From Nemertoderma westbladi (taxonomy: Eukaryota; Animalia; Xenacoelomorpha), in assembly GCA_032718475.1 (NCBI GenBank), contig JAUCBJ010007917.1, forward strand, positions 1 to 60,222: DNA of 60,222 bases, given 5' to 3'. Position numbers and translations under genes: made by a program. This document shows, one piece after another, positions 43,415-58,600 of the stretch; within the stretch, counting starts at the first letter, position 1, and the number at the start of each line of letters is the position of its first letter. The notes under the pieces were generated by a model that had not been told where the DNA came from, searched no databases, and saw nothing but the letters and a program-made list of their open reading frames with translations.

Positions 43415-46400
43415 TGTTAGCTTATCCAATTCCGCTAACCACCCCATAAAGTGAGCCGTTAAGCAATATTGGGAGCACGAGGTTGATTACCAATATCAAC
43501 CTCGTGTCACCCCAACAAAGTGGGAAGGAGACACATACGCACAATAAGGGTCAGGGGTTACACCCCTGAAAGAGAGAGAATAGCAAGGGCGAAGGGAAGC
43601 ACTTCAGAGGGGGGCAAAGGGTGACAACAGAGTTATTAGCCAATGGGGGGAAGGCACCGGCTGGGTAACGTAACTTGGCCAACCGTGCAATATACATTAC
43701 CAGTACAGCTATCATTTATTCAGTGTATCATTTATTCAGTGTGTCATTCAATCAGTTAGTTAGGTTAGTTTAGCTAGGGAAGTACCGGGACTTTAATCAC
43801 CGTCTTCGATACCCGCCTTCCGTTTACCATTAATATTCTATTGTGTATCATTGCATTGTATCATCTACCCCGTGTATCATTTATTCATTATGCTATTATA
43901 CCCGAAGGACCATATACAACGATCAACAAACTCTTTCACTTTTCACACACGGCGGGGACGCGTAGATTAAAAACCGGATAAACCGGGATCCTCCCTGGAT
44001 CCCGTCACAGTGATTAAAACCCAAGCTGCCGCCCCTAGTTAAACAGTGACTACCAACCACCGATCAACTGACAAGTTAAAAGATGAGTCGAGTAGAAGAG
44101 ACAATCTAGACAAACCGTCATCACAAACAAAGACGGCGATCTAACGATCCGCGAGGCCGCGACTAGACGGTATAGACCCGCAACGCCGGACCCATCGATA
44201 ACGGGCGATCCGGCAATTCAGGATGAGGGGGGCCGTCTACAACTGGAGAGCGAGTCGAGAGAAGGAAGAGACGAGTCGGGAGAAGAGAGAGACGAGTCGA
44301 CGCGGAGCGGGGGTCGACGCACCGATGTCGCTGGCCAGCCACAGGCCGAGGGCGACGGACGGTCCACCGGAACGGCGATGGTGGAGCCGATGGTACGACG
44401 CCGGACCCGGAGAGACGGAGGAGAGGTCGGCGACGAGGACGTCGGGGTTTCTGATCGACTTCGACGGGCCTACAACGCGACCCGGAAACTACTTAAGGAG
44501 GCCATAGAGGGGGCGAGGATAGACGTGGTAAAGTTAACAAAAGGACTAGGTGAGTCGGATAAACATTTTAGGTATCTAATGCGCTTTGGGCAGAGAGAAC
44601 TGGCCAAGGAGAGAGCGAGAGGGGTTGCCGAGGAACTGTGTGATTTATGGCGGTGTAGGGGTATGCAACCTAGTGTAGTGTACATAGGGCCATACTTAGT
44701 CGATGCCCGGGGAATAAAATTAGTGGGTTGGGGGAGACCGCAGGAGGGTGAATCCGAGGTTAACCCCGAGGATTCGGTCTCGTCGGTCGGAGAAAGTTCA
44801 GGGAGGCGGGGGAAAGTCAGTAGGACGGGAAGGCGGAGGGAATCCGTCGTAACCGATAAGTCCGCTACATCCTCCGCAAAAGAAAGACGGGTGATGGAAT
44901 TAAATCTGGCTTACCAAGTCGATCTAACGGCGCAAGACCAGAGAGAAATAGAGAGACAGTTAGAGGAGGGGAAAGCGCTATTAGAGAAGGAAATGGAACT
45001 GGTTATGGAGACCGGAGAGAGGGCCGAGAAGGCCGCGAGAAGCTTTAGGGAGTGTGAGGAAATAGGGAGGAAGGAACAAGAGGAGCATGAAGCGAGAGAA
45101 CTGAGTGAACGTAAGGAGCGCGAAGCGAGAGAACAGAGTGAACGTAAAGAGCGCGAGGCGAGAGAGCGGAGTGAGCATGAAGAACGTGAGAGAAGACGAA
45201 GGGAGGGAGCCGAGAGAGAGAGGGAATTGGCCGAGCAAAGCGCGCGGGAGAGAAGGGAGAGAACGGCAGAGGATACGCGTGTGCGGGAGGTTCTAAATGC
45301 CCGTCTGAGGGGGCTTATCCAGTACCAAGCCATAAAGAAACACAAACTGAAACTGGCGCAGATGGGGTTGTCAGAGAGTGACGCTGGCTCGAATGCTCTC
45401 GAAGAGCCAAGAGCCGTGGATACATTTATTAGTACCCCACTTACAGGGACCGCACGACAGACCCGAGACTGGTGTGACCGTACGGGCGGGGGGGGGGGGG
45501 GGGGGGGGGTAATAATAATAATACAGTAGATGACGTTAATATTAATAGTACCGTATTAGATAATCCTAACCAAACCTTTATTCCAGGAAATATTTTACCT
45601 AGTGGTAGTAATTTAAACTTAAATGCAATTAACCCAAATAATTTAAATAATAATCCGAATTCGAATTTACAAATTAATCCAAATAATTTAGATAATGATC
45701 CAAACCCGAATTTCAAAATAATTCAAATAATCCTATCTCGAACGAACAAAATAATTCTGTTTCTAATTTTGGTGCACAAAATAATTCAGGTGAACTAGAG
45801 GGCCAAATTGGCGACAACCACAGTGGTGCTATTAACGTGAACGTGTCGGACATATACAACCTGGCAAACGGGGGCCTGGTAGGCCACGAAGTTGGTAGGC
45901 AGGAAATGGCGGGGTTAAGTCAACCCGACGGGGGCCTGGTAGGCCACGTAGTTGGTAGGCAGGAGGTAGCGGGGTTAAGCCAACCTGAGGTGGGCCTGGT
46001 AGGCCACGCAATAGTAGAGAGTGAGGCGGGGGTGAATGGACCCAGCCGTAGTAGAAACAGTACATCGACTAGAGAGGGGTGTAGAGGTGAAGTGAGAGAT
46101 AGTGAAGTAAAATGTGGCGAGTGGGGGGGGGGGGGCTACAGGAGCCCCACAACAGCGAGTTAGCGGCGAAAAGGGGGGGGGGGCAGAGAGTGCCCCACAG
46201 GCGTCAACGGATAATGCGCAGGCCGAGACAGGTAAAGCGCAACACCCGGCGACGGAGAGTAATAGGGGGATTGCAAGTATCCCCAGCGGTGTGCGATCGA
46301 GCAGAGAGAGGCAGGTTGACGTCGCGAGAGGGCAGACCAAGCGTCGAGCCCGATCAGAAGAGGGAAGAAGAACAGTGGAGTTTAACCGGGAGATGGAGGA

Positions 46401-49400
46401 GAGATCTTACGAGCGGGAATACTGCACTGGAGAGAGAAGAAGAGAAGAAAGTAGAAGAAGTATCGCCGCGGGCGATAGGAGAGCGAGGACGGATACCGAG
46501 CCGTCGATGGTCGAGATAGGAACGGAAAGTCAGTGGGGTCGAACTTCGGGAGATTGCCGTTGTCCCGGAGAGGCGCGACCTGACGAGGCGCACTACGCGC
46601 CGATAGAGGGGTACGCGATGTACCAACATGAGAACGAGAATAGTGGAGGGGATCGAAGAGAAACTTTCTGGCGGGATATAACTACCGATCGAGGATACGG
46701 TAGCCGCGGGGAGGATTACTCGAGAAGAATAAACTTCGATCCCGAGCGACACATACAGACTGTAGGACATACTGTAGGCCTTACTGCACATACCATAGGC
46801 CATGCTGACAGGAAAAATGTAGGCGATAGGATAGCGCGGACGGCGGGATTAAATCCGGAAGTCGCGGAGTACATACCGGCGGGTAGGCCAGGAGCTGATA
46901 GGCCTATACCGGTACCAGCACAGCAGTATGACTACAGCATGCAGGGACATAACATATACCCAGGGGAGGGGGGAATTATTGCGGATAGGTGCATGGGCCC
47001 CAATATATTAACATCAACCCCAGTACTAAGCATACCGGTGGGGGGGGGGGGCAGGGTGACATTCCCCCATCACGATATCAACAATATACCCTGATAGGAG
47101 TAAGAACAACGAGGCCCTTGGATGAAAACAGATCATGCGACACAGAAATATGGAGGGGGCCGCTACCCCCAATGATATACCCAAGCCAGAGGAAGACAGG
47201 AAATAGGACGGACGGACCACACCCAACAGGAGAAACTATACAACATCCATCGAACCCATTGGAAGCGCAGGCGATGGGGATGGCCACGTTGATCGATGCG
47301 TTAAAAACTAGGATCGAGTTACCACCCGTGGAACCGTTTAAATTCGATGGGAGTAGGCCGGAAGAATACCTACAGTTTCGGCGCATGTATAGTAACGAAA
47401 TACTGACAAAGATCTTGACGCAGGCAGAGTGCCTAAAATATCTGCAAGTATATACAGGAGGCCCAGCATACGACATCGTGAGGCAATACCAGGGCATAGA
47501 GGGCGGCTTCACGACGGCATGGCGGGCACTGGACAGGGAATACTGGCACGCGGTCAAGATCATCCGGCAAACCCTGAGGGGCATAACATCGGGTGGCCTA
47601 CAGGATAATCCCATTAGCATAAAGACATTCGCTAACAAAGTTGAGAAGGCGCTAATCGTGCTAAAGACGCTAGACGCGCCATACGAACTCAACGCGTCCA
47701 ACAACATCACCACGATAGCGCAGGCACTACCGATGTGGCTGCGCAACAAGTGGAGGAAGATCGCTTTCTCCACTCGAGATAGGAAGGGTGCGGAACCGGC
47801 TCAGTCTATAGCGAGGACAGCCTGGGAAAGGGACCAAGAACCGACTACCATAGACCGAAACCAGAACACAACACGTCAAACGCATTACCAAAGCTCAGGC
47901 AATCATTGCCATACGCAGCGATGCAGGGGACTGCAAGTCCACAGGTAGCCGGGGGTAAGACCACATCATGGAGCGGACAGGGGAGGGACAACAACACAAA
48001 TAAATATAACCCCAGTACGCCCAGTAGGCCGAACCCAAACAATAAAAACAGTAGGGACTTTGGTACAAATACAGCTGCGATACGCGATGGACTGTACAAG
48101 GACGGCTACGACCCAAAGAGCAAATGCCAGCTACATACAAATGCATCTCATCGAACCATGAACTGCAGCTACTGGCAAGCGCTACCCAGGGAAGATCAGG
48201 TAGAGTACGCGACGAAAAACGAGATCTGCTCGCGATGTGATGAGTGGACATAGAGCTAGGCAATGCAAGGAGACTCCAATTAAGTTCGGTCAAAGCAAAG
48301 GCCAAACGATGGCAACGAGCACAGTAGGGGCGAAGAAGAGAGGAACGGTGCTGCTTGGGGTGGTACCAGTGCGAGTGATTGGAGAAGGCAATCGGTCAGT
48401 GACCACGCTGATGCTGGTCGATAGTGGAGCTGCCTTCACATTAGTTGAAAATTGGGTGGCCGAAGAGATAGGATTGAGAACGAGGCCAAGTAGAATGGTG
48501 GTGACAATGATTTCTAGCAAAGATGAGGTCCTGGAGATGAGGACCGGACGGTGCGCAATTGCAGCAGTGGCACCGGGATGCGACTACGGGGCGACCATCG
48601 ACCCCATCCAAGTGATAGAGTCAATAAATATCAATGCCAGGCGACCAACCAACATCGAGGTCGAACAATATAAATTCCTGGACGATATCGACTTCTCAAT
48701 CCCAGAGGTGGACGTCAGGAAGGTAACCATCATAGTAGTAATGGACTGCCCGACGGCCCACGAAAGAATGCAAACGGTCTTCGGCGAAGACAAGCAGTGT
48801 GATCCGGTGGCGATATTGACGCCGTTCGGGTGGACGCTGAGTGGCCCAATTAAGAGTAGGATACCATTTAGGATGTCGGAGACATCGGGATGCATGTTCG
48901 CTGGAACTATGCAAGAAATAGGGGATGAGAGAGCGGAGGAACAGCTCAAAAGATTGCTCAGGCAAGATTTTGAGGGACTAAAGGAAACCGGGGTCAGAAC
49001 CTCGGTGGAAGACAAACAGGCTCAGCAGAGCGTAGAGGAATCTATGAGATGCGATGAGGGGCGGTATACCATAGGAATGGTATGGAAGCTACCAAAGCTA
49101 CCACTGTCCAATAATAAAGCGATGGTACTCACGAGGCTTCGTAAGTTGAAACAGACGTTAAAACGGAGCCCCGAAAAGAATGAGTACATTCACAAAACGA
49201 TCAGAAAGTACGTCGAGAAGGGATGGGCCGTGGAGTTACCGGTCGACGAACCAAACACGGACAGGACATATTACCTGCCACTCCACGTGGCTTTAGATCT
49301 GAAGAAAGGTAAACTGCGGATGGTAGTGGACGCATTGGCAAAGACCGCCGGGAAATGCCTAAACAACTATCTGCTAGAAGGTCCCAACATATACAACTCA

Positions 49401-50930
49401 GGGATAGAGGTCCTACTCAGGTTCAGGAATGGAAAACACGCCTTCACCTGTGACATAGAAGGCATGTTCAACCAAGTCCGTGTGACGGAAGAGGATAGCG
49501 ACAGTCAGCGCTTCCTATGGTACGACGGCGACGTGGAACCGTCCACAATACCGATGTACAAGATGATAGTACAGAATATGGGAGCCAAGTCGTCTTCTTT
49601 CACGACGACTATGGCCGTAAGAGACACAGTAAAGGGAAAGGAAGATAAGTACAGCACTAGAGCCGTCGATATGATTCGACGCGGCTTCTACGTAGACGAC
49701 GGGATGGACTTTGGAAATACGGTTGAGGAGCTACTGGACACAGGGCGCGAGGTTCGCGACATCCTTAAAGGATCCGGCTTCAACCTGACCAAATTTCAAT
49801 CCAGTTCGAAGGAATTTATCGAGGCGATAAAAGATGAGAGACCAGGATCGACCATGGATAATCCCACAACAGCCAAGGGGCAGGACATGGCGAACAAGAG
49901 AATAGAGTCTCAACAGAAGGCACTGGGAATCGTGTGGGACAGAGAGACGGATGAACTGAAGTACCAGTTGAGTCAGGAGGGCGCAGATATCCACACAAAG
50001 AGGGGCTATGTGTCATACATAGCAAGAATATACGATCCCCTAGGCCTAGCATCCCCACTAATAGTCACGGGGAAACAGATACTCAAGAAAGTGTACAAGC
50101 TAAAGGACGAGTGGGACGCAGAGGTCCCGGAAGAGATTAGAAAGCAGTGGTATAAGTGGACAGAGAGCCTGGAGCAGATGGGAACATATAGCATGCCACG
50201 AGTGTATTTCCCGGATGGGAACATGACGAATCTGGACCTACACATGTTCTCCGATGCGTCGTTAGAGGCATACGGAGCGGCACTCTATTTAGTACAACGA
50301 GAGGGGGCTCACAAACCCAGACTCGCCTTCAGCAAAGCGAAGTCAACGCCGCCAGACTCAGCATCAGTTCCCAAACTAGAATTGACAGCTGCGAGACTAG
50401 GAGTTAGGGCTACAGCCTACCTAGTGGATACTATTCCCAATATAGTGGAGACACACTACTGGACGGATTCCATGGTAGTGCTTGGTTGGCTACATAACGA
50501 AAAGACGAGATACCCTATATTCGTCGCGAATAGGGTGGACGAAATAAGGGCGACCACAAAACTGGAAAGGTGGCACTACTGCCCAACGGACGAGAACCCA
50601 GCGGACTTGTTATTGAGGGGCGTGGTACGCCACACTTTCTTGAAGAAGGAAGTATTGTGGCAACACGGGCCACAGTTTCTGATCGATAGGGAGGCCTGGC
50701 CGCCGATGAGAAAGGTGGACCCGGACTCAGGAGAAGTAGTGTTAGAAGGAGAAGAAGGAGATTCAGAGGGAGAAGAGATATACTCCCAGATGGTGAGGGA
50801 GATTAGGGACGTGCAACCAAAACCGGGAGAACTGTGCGATAACCCGATGGATAAACTCCTCAGCTACAGTTCTAGTTGGTACAAGACCAAGAAATTAGTG
50901 GCGTACTGGAGAGGTCAGGTCAGGTATTCT
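43415..50930 (+). mobile_element. BEL/Pao family 2 element, 3'-truncated before integrase
   Basis: 5' LTR 43415-44009 (TGTTAGC..GATCCCGTCACA). Fragmented gag ~44083-48250 with PFKFDGSRPEEY; pol 48237-50972. Confidence 0.9.
44378..48253 (+). pseudogene. gag: Family 2 gag, frameshifted mostly at G homopolymers (coiled coil, Asn-rich tract, 60-bp repeats, capsid core, knuckle)
   Basis: ORFs 44378-45529, 46114-47094, 46989-47948 and 47906-48253 (CQLHTNASHRTMNC, CSRC). Confidence 0.75.
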
Positions 50931-50972
50931 AGGTCATTGATCAAGAAAACTTGCCACCTCCATGCAGCATAA
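48237..50972 (+). pseudogene. pol: Family 2 pol: protease, RT and RNase H; integrase missing
   Basis: LVDSGA; YYLPLH; FTCDIEGMFNQV; FYVDDG; HMFSDAS; PKLEL; WTDS; NPAD. Confidence 0.92.
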
Positions 50973-51416
50973 AGGAGGTGCCACCTGTAGCTGCATAGAC
51001 CCTCTTACTAGGGCAAATCTGGTCCTGTAACTAGGACCCCCTTCGTTCTGGGATAAGGACGCCCTTGGTCCTGGATTAAGGACCCATATACTTGGCTGCA
51101 GGGGTATATGGCCTGACCAGGCAGATGGTGATCTACCAATGGCTGGTTAGGAGTAGAGTGTTCTCATGTCCACTCTGAGGGCACTTCACTGCGACCTGCA
51201 CCTGGCAGCAAGGGTACAGGGCATGACACAGCAGATGAGCTGCAACAGCCAATGGTGGGTCATGTACGCCAGAGTAGATATGGGTGATGGGCCTCATATC
51301 TGACTCCATTGCGACACCCACCCTGTGGAATGGCAAACCAGGGTGTGGTATTTGCCCCGAGAGCTGACTCGGCAAAAAAGCACCCCCCAACCCCCACTAT
51401 GGATTACATTAGCAAT

Positions 51417-54400
51417 ACATGGCTTTAATACTTCATTATGTTCATGAAATAGCTGATAAATTTGAGGTGAATTGTTGCATTATATATTAACTTCAGCTCC
51501 AGTCTCTTTGGCAATACGATGAAACTATAATAAATATTCTAGAACACAACAATATTAACAGGGAGATAGGCTACTTATCTCTTCACTCTGAGAGCCTCAA
51601 AAACGGGGTGTTCCTACGCAATCAAATTTCATCCATCTCCAGGGGAAAGACGAAGCAAATAACAGCTGATTACTTCTATAAATGTAAGTGTTACCTGTTC
51701 TTTTGACATTCATTTAAGATTCACTATCTCATGGAGTGGGTTAGAAGTTATAAATATAAAAATCGATGTGGTTTTTGAAAAAAATCAAAGGATATTTTGA
51801 TTAATTATTGCTGAAAAACACCACGATTTTGACATGGCTTTAATACTTCATTATGTTCATGAAATATCTGAGATATTTGAGGTGAATTATTGTATTACAT
51901 ATTAACTTTGGCTCCAGCCGCTTTGGCAATACGATGAAACTATAATAAATATTCTAGAACACAACAATATTAACAGGGAGATAGGCTACTTATCTCTTCA
52001 ATCTGAGAGCCTCAAAAAGGGGGGTGTTCCGACGCAATCAAAATTCATCCATCTACAGGGGAAAAACGAAGCAAAGAACAGTTGATTACTTCTATGAATG
52101 TAAGTGTTACCTGCTCCTTTGACTTTCATTTAAGATTCTTTATCTTTTGGAGTGGGTTAGAAGTCATGAATATGAAGAACGATGTCGTTTTTTGTAAAAA
52201 ATCTGAGGATATTTTGATAAATTATTGCTGAAAAACCCCAAGGATTTTGACATGGCTTTAATACTTCATTATGTTCATGAAATAGCTGAGAAATTTGAGG
52301 TGAGTTGTTGTATTACATATTAACTTCGGCTCCAGCCGCTTTGGCAATACGATGAAACTATAATAAATATTCTAGAACACAACAATATTAACAGGGAGAT
52401 AGGCTACTTATCTCTTCACTCTGAGAGCCTCAAAAACGGGGTGTTCCGACGCAATCAAATTTCATACATCTCCAGGGGAAAGACGAAGCAAAGAACAGCT
52501 GATTACTTCTATAAATGTAAGTGTTACCTGTTCTTTTGACTTTCATTTAAGATTCGCAACCTCATGGAGTGGGTTAGAAGTTATAAATATGAAGATCGAT
52601 GTGGTTTTTGAAAAAAATCAAAGGATATTTTGATTAATTATTGCTGAAAAACACCAAGGATTTTGACATGGCTTTAATACTTCATTATGTTCATGAAATA
52701 GCTGAGAAATTTGAGGTGAATTGTTGCATTATATATTAACTTCAGCTCCAGTCTCTTTGGCAATACGATGAAACTATAATAAATATTCTAGAACACAACA
52801 ATATTAACAGGGAGATAGGATACTTATCTCTTCACTCTGAGAGCCTCAAAAAGGGGGTGTTCCGACGCAATCAAAATTCATCCATCTACAGGGGAAAAAC
52901 GAAGCAAAGAACAGTTGATTACTTCTATAAATGTAAGTGTTACCTGCTCCTTTGACTTTCATTTAAGATTCTTTATCTTTTGGAGTGGGTTAGAAGTCAT
53001 GAATATGAAGAACGATGTCGTTTTTTGTAAAAAATCTCAGGATATTTTGATAAATTATTGCTGAAAAACCCCAAGGATTTTGACATGGCTTTAATACTTC
53101 ATTATGTTCATGAAATAGCTGAGAAATTTGAGGTGAGTTGTTGTATTACATATTAACTTCGGCTCCAGCCGCTTTGGCAATACGATGAAACTATAATAAA
53201 TATTCTAGAACACAACAATATTAACAGGGAGATAGGCTACTTATCTCTTCACTCTGAGAGCCTCAAAAAGGGGGTGTTCCGACGCAATCAAAATTCATCC
53301 ATCTACAGGGGAAAAACGAAGCAAAGAACAGTTGATTACTTCTATAAATGTAAGTGTTACCTGCTCCTTTGACTTTCATTTAAGATTCTTTATCTTTTGG
53401 AGTGGGTTAGAAGTCATGAATATGAAGAACGATGTCGTTTTTTGTAAAAAATCTCAGGATATTTTGATAAATTATTGCTGAAAAACCCCCAAGGATTTTG
53501 ACATGGCTTTAATACTTCATTATGTTCATGAAATAGCTGAGAAATTTGAGGTGAGTTGTTGTATTACATATTAACTTCGGCTCCAGCCGCTTTGGCAATA
53601 CGATGAAACTATAATAAATATTCTAGAACACAACAAATTTAACAGGGAGATAGGCTACTCATCTCTTCACTCTGACAGCCTCAAAAAGGGGGTGTTCCGA
53701 CGCAATCAAAATTCATCAATCTCCAGGGGAATGATGAAGCAAAGAACAGCTGATTACTTCTATAAATGTAAGTGTTACCTGTTCTTTTGACTTTCATTTA
53801 AGATTCGCTATCTCGTGGAGTGGATTAGAAGTTATAAATATGAAAATCGATGTGGTTTTAGAAAAAAATCAGAGGATATTTTGATAAATTATTGCTGAAA
53901 AACCCCAAGCATTTTGACATGGCTTTAATACTTCATTATATTCATGAAATAGCTGAGATATTTGAGGTGAATTATTGTATCACATATTAACTTCGGCTCC
54001 AGGCGCTTTGGCAATACGATGAAACTATAATATATATTCTAGAACACAACAATATTAACAGGGAGATAGGCTACTTATCTCTTCACTCTGAGAGCCTCAA
54101 AAAAGGGGTGTTCCGATGCAATCAAAATTCTTCCATCTCCAGGGGAAAGACGAAGCAAATAACAGCTGATTACTTCTATAAATGTAAGTGTTACCAGTTC
54201 TTTTGACTTTCATTTAAGATTCTTTATCTTGTGGAGTGGGTTAGAAGTGATAAATATGAAAATCGATGTGGTTTTTGAAAAAAATCAGAGGATATTTTGA
54301 TAAATTATTGCTGAAAAACCCCAAGGATTTTGACATGGCTTTAATACTCATTATATTCATGAAATAGCTGAGATATTTGAGGTGAATTATTGCATTACTT

Positions 54401-55669
54401 ATTAACTTTGGCTCCAGCCGCTTTGGCAATACGATGAAACTATAATAAATATTCTAGAACACAACAATATTAACAGGGAGATTGGCTACTTATCTCTCCA
54501 CTCTGAGAGCCTCAAAAAGGGGGTGTTCCGACGCAATCAAATTTCATCCATCTCCAGGGGAAAGACGAAGCAAAGAATAGCTGATTTCTTCTATAAATGA
54601 AAGTGTTACCTGCTCTTTTGACTTTCATTTAAGATTCGCAACCTCATGGAGTGGGTTAGAAGTTATAAATATGAAGATCGATGTGGTTTTTGAAAAAAAT
54701 CAAAGGATATTTTGATTAATTATTGCAGAAAAACACCAAGGATTTTGACATGGCTTTAATACTTCATTATGTTCATGAAATAGCTGAGAAATTTGAGGTG
54801 AATTGTTGCATTATATATTAACTTCAGCTCCAGTCTATTTGGCAATACGATGAAACTATAATAAATATTCTAGAACACAACAATATTAACAGGGAGATAG
54901 GCTACTTATCTCTTCACTCTGAGAGCCTCAAAAACGGGGTGTTCCTACGCAATCAAATTTCATCCATCTCCAGGGGAAAGACGAAGCAAATAACAGCTGA
55001 TTACTTCTATAAATGTAAGTGTTACCTGTTCTTTTGACATTCATTTAAGATTCACTATCTCATGGAGTGGGTTAGAAGTTATAAATATAAAAATCGATGT
55101 GGTTTTTGAAAAAAATCAAAGGATATTTTGATTAATTATTGCTGAAAAACACCACGATTTTGACATGGCTTTAATACTTCATTATGTTCATGAAATATCT
55201 GAGATATTTGAGGTGAATTATTGTATTACATATTAACTTTGGCTCCAGCCGCTTTGGCAATACGATGAAACTATAATAAATATTCTAGAACACAACAATA
55301 TTAACAGGGAGATAGGCTACTTATCTCTTCAATCTGAGAGCCTCAAAAAGGGGGGTGTTCCGACGCAATCAAAATTCATCCATCTACAGGGGAAAAACGA
55401 AGCAAAGAACAGTTGATTACTTCTATGAATGTAAGTGTTACCTGCTCCTTTGACTTTCATTTAAGATTCTTTATCTTTTGGAGTGGGTTAGAAGTCATGA
55501 ATATGAAGAACGATGTCGTTTTTTGTAAAAAATCTGAGGATATTTTGATAAATTATTGCTGAAAAACCCCAAGGATTTTGACATGGCTTTAATACTTCAT
55601 TATGTTCATGAAATAGCTGAGAAATTTGAGGTGAGTTGTTGTATTACATATTAACTTCGGCTCCAGCCG
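51417..55669. repeat. AT-rich satellite, ~415-418-bp monomer, about 10 copies
   Basis: acatggctttaatact recurs at 51417, 51832, 52250, 52666, 53083, 53501, 53917, 54333, 54748, 55163 and 55581. Confidence 0.95.
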
Positions 55670-58600
55670 TGTTACGGTATATGGCGCTGTATCCATAATA
55701 TTAGTCATCATGCAGTATGCAATATTAGTCCGTTATGCAGTATGCAATATTAGTCCGTTATACTGTACGTAATATTAGTCCGTTGTGCAGCATGATATTT
55801 TAGATAAGGCATAATAACGCAGTGGTATTTAGGTAGGGAAATCAAAACGCCCATATATTTGAAACCATCCATTTTGTATAGTATGTAGCCCTACCTACGT
55901 AATTTTGTATTAGGTTATATGTAGATAGTTCCAGGGTAAGTTTATTCGGACCCTGGATTCAGTGCTTGCTGATATTAGCTTTAGTAGGGCTAGCATATAG
56001 GGACGCTGTCCTGGCCATTCAGCAGCCAGAGACGTGAACCATTACCATATATGGTAATAATTCGAGGAAGGGAAGCAAATAGGGCTACAATCCGGCCTCC
56101 TTATTGGACTAGCTGCTTCCAGGTTGGTCTAGTGCTAGCACGGACTGGAGAGCCAATAAGAAAGCGATTGAGTCACCCTATTGCATCACCCCATCCGGAT
56201 CACCTATAAATTGGCGGTGTGCCGGTAAAGCCTCACAATTCTACTCATCACATGACACCTAGCCCTAGCACCTGTCTTGCTGTTTTTTCTTGATATTTTC
56301 TGCAATTTGCTAATTTGATTAATTTTCGTGAAATGATTTGCTAGTGCGATTACTTGCTTGTGTTTCTCAATAATTCCTTTGATTGCTGCTAATTACAATT
56401 GAACTATGATTTCTACCTTTGATTAATGGTTCTATGTGATTCTTTCTGCGCAATAATCCTAAGGGATTCTGAGACTGTCAGACTTTGTGATTTGCATGCG
56501 CCGCTACGGTAGCTATTAGCATCATGGAGAGCTAAGGTGCCAGTGGGCGGTGGGCGCATCGGGGGGTTGAGCGACTAGGAGAGAGCGGAGGATTCAAAGC
56601 GAGCAACGCTGGCCAGGGTCACCGTTGCGGGCGGGTAACTTGCACTGCGGCACGCAGACCGATCGCCGGTACAGCAAATTAGGGGGCTGATGATCCAGAT
56701 TTTGTCTCTATTTAGTATTAGGGGGGCAGGAATTGGGTTAGTTAGGAGTCCTAGATGTACCTGGGAGAGGCCTGCGCGTATTACAACGTTGAGTGTGGAG
56801 TACGAGTAGTGAATTGCACAATTGTAAACTGTGATTTCTAAAGCTGATTGGTGTGTTATTGAAGTGTGCCTAAGATTACGAATGCTTAGATAGGCGCTCT
56901 TTTCCTTTGATTGATTTCTATTTCTTAGTTACAATAATTAGTTATTGATTAGGTCAAAGTAATACGGCAAATTAGGCTATTACTATCGAAACCTGTTGCG
57001 TGATAAATTAGAATTACGTATTCTGGAACTCTTAGTAATTAGTACGCTGTTAAATATTTGTGACTGTAATTAATTAGTAAAAAATTAAGAATTAGTACGC
57101 AGCATAGCGGAGAGTAGCTAAGGTAATAATTAGTGTACTGTAAACTATTCACGCTGAGCGGTTATTTGCATTAGCGGGAAATCAGTTAGAACGCACTATT
57201 CGGTACGCACGATACGCTAGTAATTTTGCTGGCCTAAAGCCAGTCGCGGGCAGTTTTAGACCCGGGGTGGTATTATCCACGTAGAAACAGATACTGTACC
57301 GTTTTGATATTTTAAATATTCTCGCATTCACACATTACGTTAGGGAACCTCCAGTATTCGCGATTAGAAAGACGTAGGTAATAGCGTGCTTTAATAAGTG
57401 ATAGAATTAGGCGTAAGAATACTCTGAGTGCAAGGCCTCTCGCACTCGTCTTAAGTAAGCTTAGGGAGCCGACTCGGGTTTATTGTTTTGGTTATTCCCG
57501 CGTGGCTCATAGATTCGAACAGTTAGCTCTCTATCGAGCGATCGGTAGAGAAAGAAACAAGCGATTTTGCAGGAGTTGTGTAAAATTAGTAAAATATATT
57601 AGTGGACGGCAGATTAGCGCCATCTAACGGTAAGTAGCGGTTTTGTATTTAGCAACCCTTACAATTTAGTAATAGCACGCTCCTGATCCCCTTTACTTAA
57701 CAGTAGAGCAGTCTTCGTGTCTTATTGGTTAGGCGGGAACTTATTAGGTTGGCAGAGAAGTATACCAGTATTTGTCTGTTCAACAGTTCTGCTGTTAGTA
57801 TAGAGGTCGCGGTTGTTTATCAGTAATACACGGTTTTGTTTTGCTGTACTGCGTACAGTAAATACGAATTAGATTACTGTATTAGGTACTGTACTGCGTA
57901 CGGTAGAAGGGACATTTGTTTTGCCGTACCATACACAGTATCATTAGGCTGTTAGGTTGGTGTACTGTTTTACTTACTGTACTGCATACAGTGGATGTAC
58001 GGTAGTGCGTTTTTACTAATTGCGAATACAGCAGTTCATTAGGCCTTAGGGCAAACAGTAATTAGTAAGTTTTTTGAAATTATTAGCTAGGTTTGCGAGA
58101 ATTCAGTTTTCGGTCAAAATTATTTTGTAAAATTCTAGAGTTTTGTACCGGTATGTTAGGTAACCGCTTAGTTATTTTATACCATCTGGAGATACATGGC
58201 AAGACGGAACTTCTGAGTTTGGGGTTCGTGTGGGTCTGCGGGTTCGGTTTGCAATCAGCGAAGGGACTGAATCTTTGGACGCGGACGTGGAATCTCACAG
58301 CAAACAAGGTTAGTTGTTCTGTTGGCACCAGTGTGTTTGTGGAAGCAGTAAAAAATTATCGGTTGTTTAACTGCGAAGCTGAACTCAATTTATTAGTTAG
58401 GATATTTAGGTTTAGCCGGCCATGGTTTTGAATCGCTCAAGTTAGAGAGAGAGTTAGAGAGAGTCGCAACCCGAAGATGTAGCCACGCGCTAGTGGATAC
58501 ATAATAATATTTGAAATTAAAATTACGTTGATTAGAGCTATATATATATAAAATTAGAAATATTCGGGCGGCAAATATTTTGAATATTTTGTATTAGATT

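Noticed and set aside
45487-47051. Programmed frameshifts at G runs in family 2 gag
   Set aside because: Long homopolymers are prone to slippage and sequencing error; no slippery heptamer plus pseudoknot seen.
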